Below are positions 31,029 through 32,000 of a DNA stretch of 32,000 bases, piece by piece. The position numbers were made by a program, and so were the translations under genes. The stretch covers positions 276,355 to 308,354 of the forward strand of contig DLCN01000003.1 in assembly GCA_002480645.1 (NCBI GenBank), in the 5' to 3' direction. Source of the DNA: Balneolaceae bacterium UBA7797. Lineage in GTDB: Bacteria; Bacteroidota; Rhodothermia; Balneolales; Balneolaceae. The notes beneath the pieces are model-generated. The model did not search any database. It was not told the origin of the DNA and saw only the letters and a list, made by a program, of their open reading frames with translations. Every line of letters begins with the position of its first letter. The first letter of the stretch is position 1.

Positions 31029-32000
31029 TTACTTAAGCAGGGTCATTTTTTTAGTTTCAATACCGTTTTCGGTCGTGAGGCGATAAAAATAAATACCACT
31101 TGAATTTCCCCCTGCATTCCATGTGTAGGTGTGCAGGCCGGCAGGTACTTCACCGTTTACAAGAGTGGTTACTTTTTGTCCGAGAATATTATAAATGGAC
31201 AAGTCTACCACGGTTTGTTTTGGAAGTTCCAGTTCAATAGTGGTTTGAGGATTGAAAGGATTAGGATAGTTTTGAGACAGGGTATAATCAGTAGGGAGTT
31301 CTGCGCCATCTTCTCCGGGTGTAATAATCAGAGTAAATCTGGAAACTGCCGGATCGGCCTTGCTGGTCACTTTTGGTTTTGTTTTGAACGAAAAGTTGGG
31401 AGCGACAGTGCGATTGACCGGGGAAAAATTAAAAGGAATGATATTTCCTTCCTGAAGAGTATAACGATCGCCCGTTGTGTTATCCAAAAGCTGTATCAGC
31501 CAGCTTTCCGGGATATTTCTGAATTGTTGAAATTCCAGATTAAGGGGTTTTTCAACCAGATATCCGGCTTTGTATGCTTCTACATGTAAGGGGATCTCGA
31601 TGGGTATGCCAAATTTTCTGGGCATATTATTGATGGCCATTTTATCTCCGAATTCTGTAATGGCACTGATCTCTAAATAGTCATCAATTCCACTGAGCGG
31701 TAACAATCGGAACGCATCCTGTTGATCTTTGCCAAGGCCGGCGTCTTCGGTGAACATGAAATAAACCACTGATTGGTGATCATCATCAGCCAGTTTGATA
31801 CTGAACATTGGTGGAGCTTCGTCTGTTCGAACTTTACCAACAAAGCTACCTCCGGTGGTTTTGGCGTTTTCATCAACAATAAGAGATGGACCGGCGTCAT
31901 TAGCTTTGATCCAGAAACCCTGAAAAGGAGCGATCAAACCATCGGTCAGATCACCGGTCACGCCATTCCAGGTTTTGTACTGATTGGACGTGTAATCCCA
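31029..32000 (-). CDS. T9SS-sorted secreted protein, 5'-truncated by the window edge; its tail is paralogous to the giant adhesin tail
   Basis: The frame stays open to nt 32000 (WDYTSNQYKTWNGVTGDLTDGLIAPFQGFWIKAN...). The ORF-track Met at 31961 is internal. The C-terminal 86 aa (31032-31289) form a Por-type CTD (NYPNPFNPQT...IYNILGQKVTTLVNG...GIYFYRLTTENGIETKKMTLLK). Confidence 0.85.
   Translation of the reverse strand, partial: WDYTSNQYKTWNGVTGDLTDGLIAPFQGFWIKANDAGPSLIVDENAKTTGGSFVGKVRTDEAPPMFSIKLADDDHQSVVYFMFTEDAGLGKDQQDAFRLLPLSGIDDYLEISAITEFGDKMAINNMPRKFGIPIEIPLHVEAYKAGYLVEKPLNLEFQQFRNIPESWLIQLLDNTTGDRYTLQEGNIIPFNFSPVNRTVAPNFSFKTKPKVTSKADPAVSRFTLIITPGEDGAELPTDYTLSQNYPNPFNPQTTIELELPKQTVVDLSIYNILGQKVTTLVNGEVPAGLHTYTWNAGGNSSGIYFYRLTTENGIETKKMTLLK

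Noticed and set aside
1-32000. Mobile elements, integrases, tRNA/rRNA genes and prophage signatures
   Set aside because: No transposase or integrase-like ORFs, terminal inverted repeats, tRNA-like cloverleaf segments or rRNA-like sequence were recognised on either strand.

Overview
The window appears to come from an FCB-superphylum-type bacterium (Bacteroidota, Balneolota or Rhodothermota-like). The evidence is two T9SS C-terminal sorting domains, A-rich leaders without Shine-Dalgarno sequences, and TAnnTTTG-type promoter boxes. The left ~6 kb (+ strand) is housekeeping: a 5'-truncated alaS and a pdhA-pdhB-E2 pyruvate dehydrogenase operon ending in a rho-independent terminator. From 6010 to the right edge, every supported gene lies on the minus strand in one tightly packed envelope/surface locus. 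Read in the direction of transcription it contains: (1) two T9SS-sorted cargo proteins, one a 2678-aa DUF2341/LamG/cadherin-like/Ig-like giant adhesin; (2) two tandem paralogous triplets of pilin-like proteins whose sizes and order resemble GspI/J/K or PilV/W/X minor-pilin tip sets; (3) a small secreted beta-sandwich protein; (4) four DUF4402/spore-coat-U-like fibre subunits, the last with its own promoter and terminator; (5) a PapD-like chaperone and a usher-like outer-membrane protein with a TPR tail; (6) a membrane-anchored FliG homologue (FliG N/M/C regions behind a periplasmic FliF/YscJ-like module), a TPR lipoprotein and a MotA/MotB-type stator pair whose MotB carries three SPOR-like repeats. 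No other flagellar genes, T4P/T2SS ATPase, secretin, prepilin peptidase, transposase, integrase, tRNA, rRNA or CRISPR array is visible. The top candidate for an undescribed machine is the flagellar-type rotor/stator core embedded in a chaperone-usher fibre operon. All family assignments come from reading motifs by eye and need HMM or structure confirmation.
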